The notes beneath the pieces were generated by a model. It was not told the origin of the DNA, made no database searches, and saw only the letters and a program-made list of their open reading frames with translations. A stretch of 64,000 bases of DNA from Acidilobaceae archaeon. Lineage in GTDB: Archaea > Thermoproteota > Thermoprotei_A > Sulfolobales > Acidilobaceae. Location of the stretch: positions 448,001 to 512,000 of the forward strand of contig JAWAWX010000001.1 of the NCBI GenBank assembly GCA_038897215.1. Reading direction: 5' to 3'. The position numbers and the translations under genes were made by a program. This document shows, in pieces, positions 27,584 to 37,462 of this stretch (its first letter is position 1; the number at the start of each line of letters is the position of its first letter).

Positions 27584-29623
27584 ATGGGCTCCGAGTCTAG
27601 AGACATAGCTATACTGGGCGAGCCTCTCCCCTTCAACGAGTACTTGTTGCCTGAGGACGAGAGGTGGAAGTCTAAGATAGTGAGCATATCCGAGTACAAG
27701 TCCATGCTGGAGAAGAGCCTCAAAGACTACGAGGGCTTCTGGGCCTCTGTAGCTAAAGAGCTCGAGTGGATCGAGCCTTTCATAAAGGTCAGTGAGCCCG
27801 CGGAGACCCCCTACGTGTACAAGTGGTTCGTGGGGGGCAAGCTGAACATCTCGAAGCTAGCTCTAGACAAGCACGTGAAGACGTGGAGGAAGAATAAGGT
27901 AGCTATAATATGGGAGGGGGAGCCTGTAGACGAGACGGGGAGCCCTAGAGAGGTCAGGAAGCTGACCTATTTCGACCTATGGAGGGAGGTAAATAGAGTA
28001 GCCTACATGCTCAAGACGAAGCTGGGGCTGAAGAAGGGCGATAGAATAGCGTTCTACCTACCCATGATCCCAGAGCTCCCCATATACATGCTGGCAGCCG
28101 CTCGCCTAGGCTTAGTCTTCACTGTAGTTTTCGCAGGATTCGCTGCAGAGAGCCTCGCGATGAGAGTGAACGACCTCCAGGCCAAGGTCCTGGTCACTGC
28201 CGACGGGTTCTACAGAAGAGGGAAGGTCATTAGGCTTAAAGACATAGCCGATAAGGCTCTCGAAATGACCCCCTCTGTTGAGAGAGTTGTGGTAGTCAGG
28301 AGGCTGAAGCTAGGAGACGTGAATATAGTCGAGGGCAGAGACTACTTCCATGATGTGTTGATGAAAGACGTGCCAGTCAACGCCTACGTGGAGCCAGAGC
28401 CCATGGAGAGCACTGAGCCTCTCTTCGTCCTCTACTCCTCCGGGACTACGGGGAAGCCTAAGGGGATTATACACGACCACGTGGGCTACGCTGTAGGGCT
28501 CTACCATACTATGAAAGCAGTATTCGATATAAGAGACGACGATATACACTTCTGCACAGCAGACATAGGGTGGATCACTGGCCACAGCTACGTTGTCTTC
28601 GGCCCCCTCATAGCGGGAGCTACTATAGTCATGTATGAGGGGGCTCCGGATTACCCAGAGCCTGATAGATGGTGGTCTATAGTAGAGAGGTACGGGGTCA
28701 CGATATTCTACACCTCGCCTACAGCGACCAGGATGCTCATGAAGTACGGCGATAGCTGGGTCAAGAAGCACGACTTGTCTACGCTCAGAATAATACACAG
28801 CGTCGGCGAGCCCATCAACCCGTCTGCTTGGAGGTGGCTCTACGAGGTCGTAGGAGGCAGGAGGTGCCCCGTTGGCTCCACCTGGTGGATGACCGAGACT
28901 GGAGCTATAATGGTGAGCATAACTCCGGGTCTGGGACTCATCCCAATGAAGGCTGGAACCAACGCTTTACCGCTCCCGGGCGTGGAAGCGGAGGTAGTAG
29001 ACGAGCAAGGCAACCCAGCTCCTCCAGGGAAGAAGGGTTACCTTGTGATCAAGAAGCCGTGGCCAAGCATGCCGGCTCCACCGACAGGCCTCTGGGGAGA
29101 CCCTGGTAGGTATGTCGCCACTTACTGGAGCAAGTTCCCGGGCATGTTTTACACTGGAGACTACGCTGTCAAGGACCAGGACGGCTACATCTGGGTACTC
29201 GGGAGAGCAGACGAGGTCCTAAAGGTAGCCGGGCACAGAATAGGCACCTTCGAGCTGGAATCGATAATCACTATGCACTCAGCTGTAGCAGAGGCAGCCG
29301 TCGTGGGGGTACCAGACCCGATAAAGGGAGAGGTGCCAGTCGCCTTCGTCGTGCTCAAAGCGGAATACAAGCCTTCAGCAGAGCTAGCCGCATCGATCAG
29401 ACAGTGGGTTAGAGAGAAGTACGGGCCGATAGGAGAGCCTGCTCACGTCATATTCGTCAGCAAACTCCCCAAGACCAGGAGCGGGAAGATAATGAGGAGG
29501 CTCCTGATAGCGGTAGCCACAGGGAAGCCTCTGGGAGACGTCTCGACTCTCGAGGACGAGACTGCAGTCGAGGAGGCTAGAGCAGCCTACGAGGAGCTTA
29601 CGAGAGAGCTCTCCAAGCACTAG
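27584..29623 (+). CDS. acs: AMP-forming acetyl-CoA synthetase
   Basis: YSSGTTGKPKG, ADIGWITGHSY, TWWMTETG, LPKTRSGKIMRR. Confidence 0.97.
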   Translation: MGSESRDIAILGEPLPFNEYLLPEDERWKSKIVSISEYKSMLEKSLKDYEGFWASVAKELEWIEPFIKVSEPAETPYVYKWFVGGKLNISKLALDKHVKTWRKNKVAIIWEGEPVDETGSPREVRKLTYFDLWREVNRVAYMLKTKLGLKKGDRIAFYLPMIPELPIYMLAAARLGLVFTVVFAGFAAESLAMRVNDLQAKVLVTADGFYRRGKVIRLKDIADKALEMTPSVERVVVVRRLKLGDVNIVEGRDYFHDVLMKDVPVNAYVEPEPMESTEPLFVLYSSGTTGKPKGIIHDHVGYAVGLYHTMKAVFDIRDDDIHFCTADIGWITGHSYVVFGPLIAGATIVMYEGAPDYPEPDRWWSIVERYGVTIFYTSPTATRMLMKYGDSWVKKHDLSTLRIIHSVGEPINPSAWRWLYEVVGGRRCPVGSTWWMTETGAIMVSITPGLGLIPMKAGTNALPLPGVEAEVVDEQGNPAPPGKKGYLVIKKPWPSMPAPPTGLWGDPGRYVATYWSKFPGMFYTGDYAVKDQDGYIWVLGRADEVLKVAGHRIGTFELESIITMHSAVAEAAVVGVPDPIKGEVPVAFVVLKAEYKPSAELAASIRQWVREKYGPIGEPAHVIFVSKLPKTRSGKIMRRLLIAVATGKPLGDVSTLEDETAVEEARAAYEELTRELSKH

Positions 29624-30453
29624 CCGCTATCCTCCAGCTCCCCCAGCCTTCCTCTCTCTCCTCTCTCCTCCTGAGCTGAGCTCAGGTACTCTGAGAGAGT
29701 TGTCCTACGCGCTCTCGAGAAGGCTAGTTCTCGAGCCCGCCTCAAGTCTAGGTGCTTGACTTCTATCCCGTAAAGAGCTGCCAGCCTTAGAGCGTTCTCG
29801 GTAGCCCCCGGGGCTAGCAGAACTCCTCTAGCTTCCACTCCTCTCGCTTTCAGAGCCTCGAGGTAGCCGTGGAGCTGTCTGACAGCCTCCTCTGTAGCCT
29901 TGACTCTCTTGACCTCCACTAGCACCGGGCGGCCTCTCCCGTCTCTCCCGTAGATGTCCGCGACTCCGAGCTCTAGAGGCTTCTCTGAGTCTAGTACCTC
30001 GAAGCCCTCCTCGACGAGCCACGGGTTGTCTTTGATGACCTCCACTATCTCTCTCTCGCTCAGGTACATGTAGTAGTCGCCCTCGACTGGAGCCTCGAGG
30101 ATCGCTAGAACCTCTATCTCCGAGCATCTGAGCACTAGGACTTCTCTAGCTGTTCTCCTGAAGGCTTTGACTACGAGCTCTCCCCCCTCGATGAGTACTG
30201 CTACGCTACTCGTATCGGGCTGCCAGTTGAGAGGCTTAAAGCCTCGAGAGCTGTGGACTATTATGCTCCCATCCGGCTTGATCATCACGACTCTATCCCC
30301 CCGGGACGCTCTACTAGCCCCCCTGCCCTCGTACTCGGTCTCGCAGGAAGCGATCATCACTACTAGAGGCCTCCGGGGGAGGTAGCTGGAGAGAAGCGAC
30401 TTGGCTTTCTCGAGAGAAGGTCTAGCCTCGAGCTTCACTCTACTCTTCTCCAC
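29620..30453 (-). CDS. nucS: endonuclease NucS/EndoMS
   Basis: YEGR, IKPDGSIIVH, PLNWQP, ADIYG, VEVKR, AVRQL. Confidence 0.95.
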   Translation of the reverse strand: MEKSRVKLEARPSLEKAKSLLSSYLPRRPLVVMIASCETEYEGRGASRASRGDRVVMIKPDGSIIVHSSRGFKPLNWQPDTSSVAVLIEGGELVVKAFRRTAREVLVLRCSEIEVLAILEAPVEGDYYMYLSEREIVEVIKDNPWLVEEGFEVLDSEKPLELGVADIYGRDGRGRPVLVEVKRVKATEEAVRQLHGYLEALKARGVEARGVLLAPGATENALRLAALYGIEVKHLDLRRARELAFSRARRTTLSEYLSSAQEERGERGRLGELEDSG

Positions 30454-30458
30454 TCCAG

Positions 30459-31124
30459 CTAGCCCTCCAGGAGGTTTGAGAGAGCTCTCGCAACAGGCTC
30501 TACTACATCCTCCAAGCCGGGCTCCGAACTCTCCGAGTCTATGACGACAGGCTCCTCCGGAGGCTCTACGAGAGCCCCCTCTCTGTAGCGCACTCTAGGG
30601 CAGTCGCCTGAGCCCGCAGGGATCCCGAGAGCTCTCGCCACAGCTCTCTCCACTCTACCCCCGTGGTCTAGCTTGATCCCGGAGAGCCTCCAGTAGTCTA
30701 TAGCTACTGCTTTGATGCCAAGTTCCGCGGAAGCCTCGTAGAGAGCCGCCTTCACTAAACCCGAGTTGCTCGAGTGGCCGTTGATGACGGCTACTCTCCT
30801 GAAGCCGGAGCGGGCTAGAGACTCTGCTATCTCGCGGATCACGCTGAGGAAGGTGGCGGCTGAGAGGGTCAGCGTGCCGGAGACCCTGGACCACTCTGGG
30901 GAGAACCCGTAGTATAGAGTAGGGAGTATTAGGCAGAGTCCTGCTCCTGTCTCCTCGAGCTTCTGGCAGGCTAGCCAGGCTATCCTCTCCGCTATCAGAG
31001 CGTCTAGAGCCAGAGGGCTATCGCAGTGTTGCTCTATGCTACCAACAGGCACTACCGCGACAACTCTGCCTTTGGAGAGCTCCGCCACAGACCTAGAGTC
31101 TAGGAGCCTGTAGTCTAGCGGCAT
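30459..31124 (-). CDS. creatininase family amidohydrolase
   Basis: PVGSIEQH, YGFSPE, INGHSSN, DHGG. Confidence 0.88.
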   Translation of the reverse strand: MPLDYRLLDSRSVAELSKGRVVAVVPVGSIEQHCDSPLALDALIAERIAWLACQKLEETGAGLCLILPTLYYGFSPEWSRVSGTLTLSAATFLSVIREIAESLARSGFRRVAVINGHSSNSGLVKAALYEASAELGIKAVAIDYWRLSGIKLDHGGRVERAVARALGIPAGSGDCPRVRYREGALVEPPEEPVVIDSESSEPGLEDVVEPVARALSNLLEG

Positions 31125-31813
31125 CGAGCTCCTGCCTCTCGAAGAGACTCTAGAGCCTCTAGAGCGGCTCTCTTGGGGTCTCCCGACTTCACTATAGCCG
31201 AGCCTATCACTATAACGCGTGCCCCGGCTTCTGCTAGCACTCCAGCTTCTCTAGGCTTGATCCCCCCAGCTACCGCCACGGGGGGCTTCACTGTTTCCGC
31301 GAGCTTCTTGACTACGTCCACTAAGCTGGAGGCTCTCAAGCCTAGGGATCTCTGGACGTCGATGCCTACGTGGACAATCACCACATCGACGCCAAAATCT
31401 GAGACTCGCTGAGCAGCCTCGAAGGGGTCCCTCACTGCTATCGTGTCAGCGTAGACTCCGAGACCCAGCTCTCTAGCCGCCTCCACCGCCGACCTCAGAG
31501 TCTCCTCGCTAGCTGAAGCAAGCACTGTGAACGCGTCTCCACCAGCTGAGGCAACAGACTCTGCCTCTAGGCGCGCCGCGTCCACAGTCTTGGTGTCAAC
31601 GACGAGAAGAGACCAGGGTCTAGAGCTTCTAAGAGCTCTCACGGAAGCCATCCCCCAGGCTTTGACTAGAGGAGTCCCCGCCTCCACTACGACCTCTCTG
31701 CTCTCGGGGAGAGCTCGAGCTACTCTAAGAGCATCACTCAAGCTCAGAGAGTCTAGAGCTACCTGGAGGAACGCGCTACACTCGCTGAGAGCCTCGGCTA
31801 GTCTCTGCTTCAC
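31115..31813 (-). CDS. 3-hexulose-6-phosphate synthase (HUMPS/OMPDC family)
   Basis: LQVALD, EAGTPL, DTKTVDA, HVGIDVQ, AVAGGI. Confidence 0.9.
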   Translation of the reverse strand: MKQRLAEALSECSAFLQVALDSLSLSDALRVARALPESREVVVEAGTPLVKAWGMASVRALRSSRPWSLLVVDTKTVDAARLEAESVASAGGDAFTVLASASEETLRSAVEAARELGLGVYADTIAVRDPFEAAQRVSDFGVDVVIVHVGIDVQRSLGLRASSLVDVVKKLAETVKPPVAVAGGIKPREAGVLAEAGARVIVIGSAIVKSGDPKRAALEALESLREAGARCR

Positions 31814-31884
31814 AGCCGCTCCTCCAGTTGCGCGCTAAGAGAGCAGAGAGTTTTAGCTTAAGGGGAGAATCGGGGCTCTGGAGC

Positions 31885-32220
31885 TCAGAGAACGGGCTCT
31901 GCTGTAACGTTGTATCTAGCTCTCCACTCCTCGAGAGCTCTCTTCTCCTCCTCTGATAGAACTCTACCTATCCTGTACCAGCCTTTGGTCGATAGGACTT
32001 TAGCGTCTGACTCTGAGACTCTCTTTATGGCTCCAGTAGGGCAGACGTTGACGCAGAGGAAGTGGTCTCTGCATCTCTCCCATATCAGTCTAGACTTCAT
32101 GTTGTCATCGAACTCGAGAGCGTTCTCGGGGCACACCTCTATGCATGCCCCGCAACCTATGCAGAGACTCTGGTCTATTGCTACTCTCTCGAATCTAGAG
32201 AGCTCCGTCAAAGCTTGCAC
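31885..32220 (-). CDS. 4Fe-4S dicluster ferredoxin-like protein
   Basis: CIGCGACIEVCP and CRDHFLCVNVCP. Confidence 0.9.
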   Translation of the reverse strand: MQALTELSRFERVAIDQSLCIGCGACIEVCPENALEFDDNMKSRLIWERCRDHFLCVNVCPTGAIKRVSESDAKVLSTKGWYRIGRVLSEEEKRALEEWRARYNVTAEPVL

Positions 32221-32302
32221 CTCGCTCGGCTATAGTTGTCTCGAGGCTTAAGAGTGTTAGCTTTGAGAAAGTGCTGAGCATCAGTCTTCCGGGCTCTACA
32301 CG

Positions 32303-33292
32303 TCAAGCTAGCGGAGCCGGCTTCCTGTTAACGCATTGGAGAGCCCCTTCTTCTACCACATCAGGGTTTCTTATCTTGAATCTCTCCTCGAAAGCTACAA
32401 GCCCTCTCTCGTGGTACCCTCTCGCCTCCCAGTAGCCGTCTACATACCTGTCTAGTACTGCTATCCTCCTGACTCTCTTAACCCACTTCCATCCGAAGAG
32501 TTCTGGAAAGACTAGCCTAGGTGCTGTAAGCCCTCTCTGAGAGATAGCGAAAGCTAGATAGCTCTCAGATAGCGCTGTTGCCGGCACTACAGCGCTATAG
32601 CCTCTATCGCTCTCCGCGTAGACCCAGGAATCTCCGGGGACCTGGCCCAGCAAGTCTCTAAGGCTGACCGCGTGGAGAGAGATTCTCGCAGACCAGCCCT
32701 CGACACAGTGGAGGCCCGTCTCGAGAGCGGTGGAGGAACCCGCTAGCTCCTCGAGGCCGACCTCTCTAGAGCCGCTCGCTAGCTCCAGGACTAGACTCCA
32801 CTCTCTCAGAGACTCCTCTACAACATAGCCCTCAGAGTAGTACACAGCAGGCCTGGGGACCCATCGCTGAACCGGCTCCCAGCTAGGGGCTCTCTCTAGG
32901 AATAGCGGCTTCACTACATTGCCTATCTCTACTACGCTACCGCCTAGCAACTCAGTAGCTGGCTTCGAGGCGCCTCCTAGAGCAGCACCGGAGATCACGC
33001 CTGAGACCACTAGGGGAGCTCTGCAGAGCTCCGCGACTCTAGCTTCTCCCAGAGAGGCTCCTCGAGAGCCGACTGCTATCTTGAATAGATTGAACCTCCC
33101 GGCTACGAACTCCCACTCCTTGAGCCCCAGGACCTCAAGCCTGAGGTCTAGAGCTCTCGACACTAGCCTAGTGGCTTCGAAGGTTAGCTCTAAGGCGTCT
33201 CTACCGCTATCCAGAGAGCCCGCCACGCTACAGGTGAAGACTATCGAGTCTAGGAGCTTGTTGTAGTAGACGCTACAGCCCGTGACCCCCAA
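32303..33292 (-). CDS. molybdopterin-binding oxidoreductase (sulfite oxidase/MsrP-like domain) with N-terminal extension
   Basis: HCVEGWS, PRLVFPELFGWKWVK, GYWEARGYH. Confidence 0.85.
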   Translation of the reverse strand: MGVTGCSVYYNKLLDSIVFTCSVAGSLDSGRDALELTFEATRLVSRALDLRLEVLGLKEWEFVAGRFNLFKIAVGSRGASLGEARVAELCRAPLVVSGVISGAALGGASKPATELLGGSVVEIGNVVKPLFLERAPSWEPVQRWVPRPAVYYSEGYVVEESLREWSLVLELASGSREVGLEELAGSSTALETGLHCVEGWSARISLHAVSLRDLLGQVPGDSWVYAESDRGYSAVVPATALSESYLAFAISQRGLTAPRLVFPELFGWKWVKRVRRIAVLDRYVDGYWEARGYHERGLVAFEERFKIRNPDVVEEGALQCVNRKPAPLA

Positions 33293-33367
33293 TGCCCGCT
33301 CCTGGCAGCGCTCTACTCTATCATCCTTTATAAGGTCTTCGTAGAGGTGTAGGGAGAGGGCTCTGAG

Positions 33368-34138
33368 ATGAGAGGAGTCTGGAGGGTCCTAGCTGCCGCT
33401 CTAGCTCTGCTACTAGTAGCCTCCGCGTCTGTTGGCGTGTGGGTCTACTTGTCTCATACTGCTCCAGCTAGGGGTCTCGCTGGCGTATCCGACTACTCCG
33501 ACCTGCTCTCGAGAGTCTCCAGGCTCTCCTACACTCTATCTTATGGTGGTAGCGAGTACAGGGTTCAAGTAGAGTGCGAGTCTAGCTGCCTGAAGGGCGC
33601 TATCAGAGTCCACGGCGCAAACGGGAACCAGCTCTATGTAATCGAGTTCGAGTACATCGGCGGGCTCTTCACTGCCAGGAAAGTGTACGCTAACGGGACC
33701 ACGCTAGACCTAGACCCCACGGTCTACACGAGCGGCATCATAGGCAACCTGGTCTTCAAGAAGAACGCTGAAGGAGCCATCGTGGGAGTCGAGGTGTTCC
33801 CGGGTCTCGCTCCCCTCCTGCTCCCATACCATCTAGGCGTCGTGTACAACGTGGACTGGAGCCTGGTAGCGAGACTAGAGGGAGGAGGAACTCTGCCATC
33901 CACAAGCCTCGTTGAGACAAGCGTGGGCGGCGAGCGCTACAGAGGGCTTAGCCTAGTGTTCCTAGGCCACGGAGTCTACGTCGGCGGCTACGAGTGGCGA
34001 GCTCCCACATTCGAACTGATACTCGTGTCTCTCGACGGCATCCCCGTGGCTTCAACGATAGTAGCGGTAGTGCCAGACCCCCTCACCGGAGAAGCCGTAG
34101 AAGTCCGCGTAACCCTAGAGTCTCTGAAGAGAGCCTAG
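33368..34138 (+). CDS. membrane-anchored/secreted hypothetical protein
   Basis: N-terminal TM/signal followed by a beta-rich soluble domain. Confidence 0.75.
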   Translation: MRGVWRVLAAALALLLVASASVGVWVYLSHTAPARGLAGVSDYSDLLSRVSRLSYTLSYGGSEYRVQVECESSCLKGAIRVHGANGNQLYVIEFEYIGGLFTARKVYANGTTLDLDPTVYTSGIIGNLVFKKNAEGAIVGVEVFPGLAPLLLPYHLGVVYNVDWSLVARLEGGGTLPSTSLVETSVGGERYRGLSLVFLGHGVYVGGYEWRAPTFELILVSLDGIPVASTIVAVVPDPLTGEAVEVRVTLESLKRA

Positions 34139-34225
34139 CCTAGACCACTCCCCATAGACGAGAGCGAGCCGCCTCCCCGCTTTTCGAGAACTCTAAAAAG
34201 CCTCCACGCTAAGAGGAAAGCGGAA

Positions 34226-34350
34226 GCCGCCGTAGCTCAGCCTTGGTTAGAGCGCCGGACTCATACGGCCCCCACAGCCCGGGGTCGGGAGCCGATAAGG
34301 GGGCCTGGGGGATCCGGAGGTCCCGGGTTCGAATCCCGGCGGCGGCACCA
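34226..34350 (+). tRNA. elongator tRNA-Met(CAT) with 46-nt canonical intron (34266-34311)
   Basis: acceptor GCCGCCG/CGGCGGC, CCGGA-CTCATA^A-TCCGG, BHB helix CTCA/TGGG, CCA encoded. Confidence 0.93.
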
Positions 34351-34445
34351 GAGGCTACGAGCTATTCGTCATCCTCTTTTCTCGTTTTAAAACCTTGAGC
34401 TGAGCGCTTAGAGTGAGAGAGCAGAGTAGAAAGCAGGTGTGAGTA

Positions 34446-34775
34446 TTGGAGTTCTGGAGCTTAGTGTCGGAGATTTCTTTACCTATAGTGGCTGGGTTTA
34501 TTCTAGGTGTTATTCTAGGCTATGCTTCGATAAAGTTGTTGAAGCAAGCACTGAAGTACGCTGCCCTGATCGTTCTAGCCTTGATCCTAGGGGCTCTGCT
34601 TCACCTATGGAGAGTGGAGATAGAGAAAGAGCAGGACCTCCTAGCCTCTCTAGCTAGCGCTCTAATGCAGTTAGCTAGCATAGCGTTCAGCTTAGCGGAA
34701 TCGGTAGAGCTCACAGTAACGGGACCGCTAGTCATCGGTGTAGTCGCTGGAGCGCTGATTGCATTGCTTAGATAG
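34446..34775 (+). CDS. small membrane protein (FUN14-like)
   Basis: GFILGVILGYASIKLLK; 3 hydrophobic segments. Confidence 0.7.
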   Translation: MEFWSLVSEISLPIVAGFILGVILGYASIKLLKQALKYAALIVLALILGALLHLWRVEIEKEQDLLASLASALMQLASIAFSLAESVELTVTGPLVIGVVAGALIALLR

Positions 34776-34909
34776 ACGCGGAGAGCTTCTTCGAAGCAGT
34801 CTTCCTGCAACGCTACTAGCAGTTGAGAGCGTGCTTCGAGTTTAGAGTTCTTGCGAGCAACACTTATAAGGCATGCCTTCACATGATGTGACACGAAGAG
34901 GGCGCATCT

Positions 34910-35695
34910 ATGCCTATTACTTTACGTAGGGTCTACTCAGGCTACTCTGGGAGAGACTACGTGTTGAAGGATATCAGCATGGATATCTCTTCCAGCACCA
35001 TCGTGCTCGGCCCTAATGGTAGCGGGAAGACGACTCTATTCAGGACTATTCTCAGGCTGACGCCAGTAGCTAGAGGAGAGGTCAGGATAGACGGTTTGGA
35101 GCTAGAGAGCATCCGAGGGTCTCCCGGGACCGTCTCGACTAATCTCTGCGGGAAGTGTATTTAGGCTTCGTGAACTCCTCCTGGGAGTTCACTCACCCAT
35201 ATCTAGACTTATTGAGGGAACGCTGGCAAGCTCTCTAGCCTAGTAGAGGCTCTCGGCATAGCTAGAGAGCTGGGTAAGGAAGCCTCACGAACTCTCAGCG
35301 AGGACTAGGGTGCTACTATTCGACTCCATAGCCTTATCCTCGAGAGCGAGACACGTTCTGCTCGACGAGCCCTTCGAGAGCGTAGACCCAGTTAGGAGGT
35401 CGGTCTTGCTGAGAGAGATCGTGAGCTACGATGGGGTCGTGCTACTCAACACTCACACCACGTGGCTCCTGAAGCACACGGGCTCGTGGAACGTCTACCT
35501 CATGGTTTGCGGGCGAGTCTACGGGCCTCTTAGAGTCGAGGAGCTCATGTCCTCGAAGATATCGAGGGAGAGAAGCGAGGACACTCTAGTGGAGATCAGC
35601 CTGAGCGAGAAGACCGGTACCTGAGCAGGACTAGAGGAGTCTCGATATCCGACCTGGATACGCTCGATAAGCTCTACGAGGTGATATCATGGTAG
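34910..35695 (+). pseudogene. ABC transporter ATP-binding subunit, multiply frameshifted
   Basis: Walker A GPNGSGKT in the first fragment and Walker B LLDEPF in a later frame; about 4 frame changes needed; signature eroded (LSART). Confidence 0.85.
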
Positions 35696-36581
35696 CCGGT
35701 AGGCTGACAGTGCATCTAGTGAAGTACTTCCTGTGCAACCACGTATTCTGGGCTTACTCGATACTATTCATGCTATTCTGGGTCTTCATGGGAGCCTACG
35801 CGTTCTCGAGAGACCTAACCGTAGACAATATTCGAGAACTCGTACTGAGAACAGGAGCCCCCTTGACAGAGGCCGATGTGAACAAAGCGTGGAGAGATGC
35901 CGTGAGTCTTATACTGGCGGCTGGCTAGCCACGATAATAGTCGTATCCTTCGGGGCGACCGCTCAGATGCTGATTCACGTAGTCTACTACTCGACTTTAC
36001 CGATTAGATACTTGGCGAAGTTCTCTAGGGCTACCAGCGAGCGCATCCTGCTAGAACTCGTAGCAGGGTCGTCGCTCATACTTCTAATCAGCTCACTCAT
36101 ACTGTTAGCCATATCCTTGGTTATGTTCAGCCACAGGTTCGACACGTTGCTACTACCGGAGAGCCCGCTCGGCCTGCTGGTAGCCGGCATAGCCTTCGGG
36201 CTATTCATATACCTCTTCTCTACGACTTTCGGGTTGCTTGCAATCGTGTTCAGGAAGCCGGGTCTCGTCGCCAAGATATCATTCACTCCGACCGTGTTAG
36301 CGTGGGCTTTCGCCATGCTGTCGATCTTCGCCGGCGGAGAGGTCTACCACCACACTCCATTCGTGGCAGCCACGGCGCTACTATACCACTACTCCACTGG
36401 CTTCAAGGTACCCTACGATAAGCCTTTCGCGCGCATGAGCTTCCAAGACTTTACCCCAATGGAGCCGACTAGCTCGTGGGCCGTCCTGCAAGCCTGGATA
36501 GCAGTGTTCGCAACCACGTCTCTACTCTTGCTGAAGAAGCAGAAGGGAGTCCCGGTAGAGGAGAACATCAGAACAGCGTAG
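35689..36581 (+). pseudogene. ABC-2 type permease with one frameshift near 35905
   Basis: N-terminal TM (FWAYSILFMLFWVFMGAY) in ORF 35689-35928 continues as YTGGWL... in the frame of ORF 35733-36581. Confidence 0.8.
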
Positions 36582-36590
36582 AAGAGCGAG

Positions 36591-36691
36591 TGGAGCCGCC
36601 GGCGGGATTCGAACCCGCGACCACCGGCTTACAAGGCCGGCGCTATCGGCCCGCGCAGGCTCTCAGGTCTACCGGGCTGAGCTACGGCGGC
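36591..36691 (-). tRNA. tRNA-Thr(TGT) with 24-nt non-canonical D-arm intron (36645-36668)
   Basis: GCCGCCGTAGCTCAGCCCGGTAG^[24 nt]^AGCGCCGGCCTTGTAAGCCGG...GTTCGAATCCCGCCGGCGGCTCCA; 77 nt after removing the insert. Confidence 0.92.
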
Positions 36692-36748
36692 TCCTCTAGC
36701 GATCCACGTCAAGGCTCTTTTTAAGTTTTAAAGTGCTAGCTTTGAGTC

Positions 36749-37390
36749 TCATCTCCTAGTCCTGCTCTTACCGCTCACTACTTGCAGGACTAGGCTGGAG
36801 GCGGCCCCCACTGCTACTACTAGAGCTGCTAGTGCTAGCTTAGCCTGAGTTAGTGCTCCCTCACGTACACACATGTTCTCTGTTAGGCACTCGAGAACTA
36901 TGGGTTTCTCTTCTCCAGACATGAACGGCTTGTCTTCCGATGGCTCTGCTCTCGCTATAGCCTCCCAGAACTCGGGGTTCTCGTTGAGCCCCTCTACTAC
37001 AGCTAGGAGCTCTCCGTTCTTGAAGACTAGCGTTAGAGGGACTCCTCTCACTAAGCCGCTTAGCCCGGCTTCTTCGAGGAACCAGAGCAGGTTATCGAAG
37101 CATACTCTATCACTCACTATGTCGCACGATTTGTACGAGCCCGAATAGTGCTCGCTGAAGAATCTAAGCTGAGCCTCGCAGTAGGGACAGCCTCTCATAG
37201 CGAAACAGTAGAAGATGACCCCGCTCTCCTGTACCTCTAGCTTCTCTCTAAGAACTCTCAAGCTATCCGGGCTCATGGAAAAGCCTACTGCCGCCTCGAG
37301 CTTCACGGAGACAGGCCATAGCATGATCACTAGAGCTACCATCAGAGCCGTGATGAGAGGTAGCCAGGCGAGTCTACGCGAGACCGCCAA
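36749..37390 (-). CDS. membrane-anchored thioredoxin/glutaredoxin-like protein
   Basis: CPYC active site, GVP cis-Pro loop, N- and C-terminal TM segments. Confidence 0.82.
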   Translation of the reverse strand: MAVSRRLAWLPLITALMVALVIMLWPVSVKLEAAVGFSMSPDSLRVLREKLEVQESGVIFYCFAMRGCPYCEAQLRFFSEHYSGSYKSCDIVSDRVCFDNLLWFLEEAGLSGLVRGVPLTLVFKNGELLAVVEGLNENPEFWEAIARAEPSEDKPFMSGEEKPIVLECLTENMCVREGALTQAKLALAALVVAVGAASSLVLQVVSGKSRTRR

Positions 37391-37462
37391 GCCGCTTCCC
37401 GGAGAAGTGAGAGCCCTCTGAGAGCACTTATCTCTGAAATCCGGCTACTAGGCCAGCTGAGC

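Noticed and set aside
35170-35192. 9-bp hairpin GTGAACTCC/GGAGTTCAC as a programmed-frameshift stimulator in the ABC ATPase
   Set aside because: The gene needs about four frame changes and has an eroded signature motif; decay is the simpler explanation and no slippery heptamer is evident.
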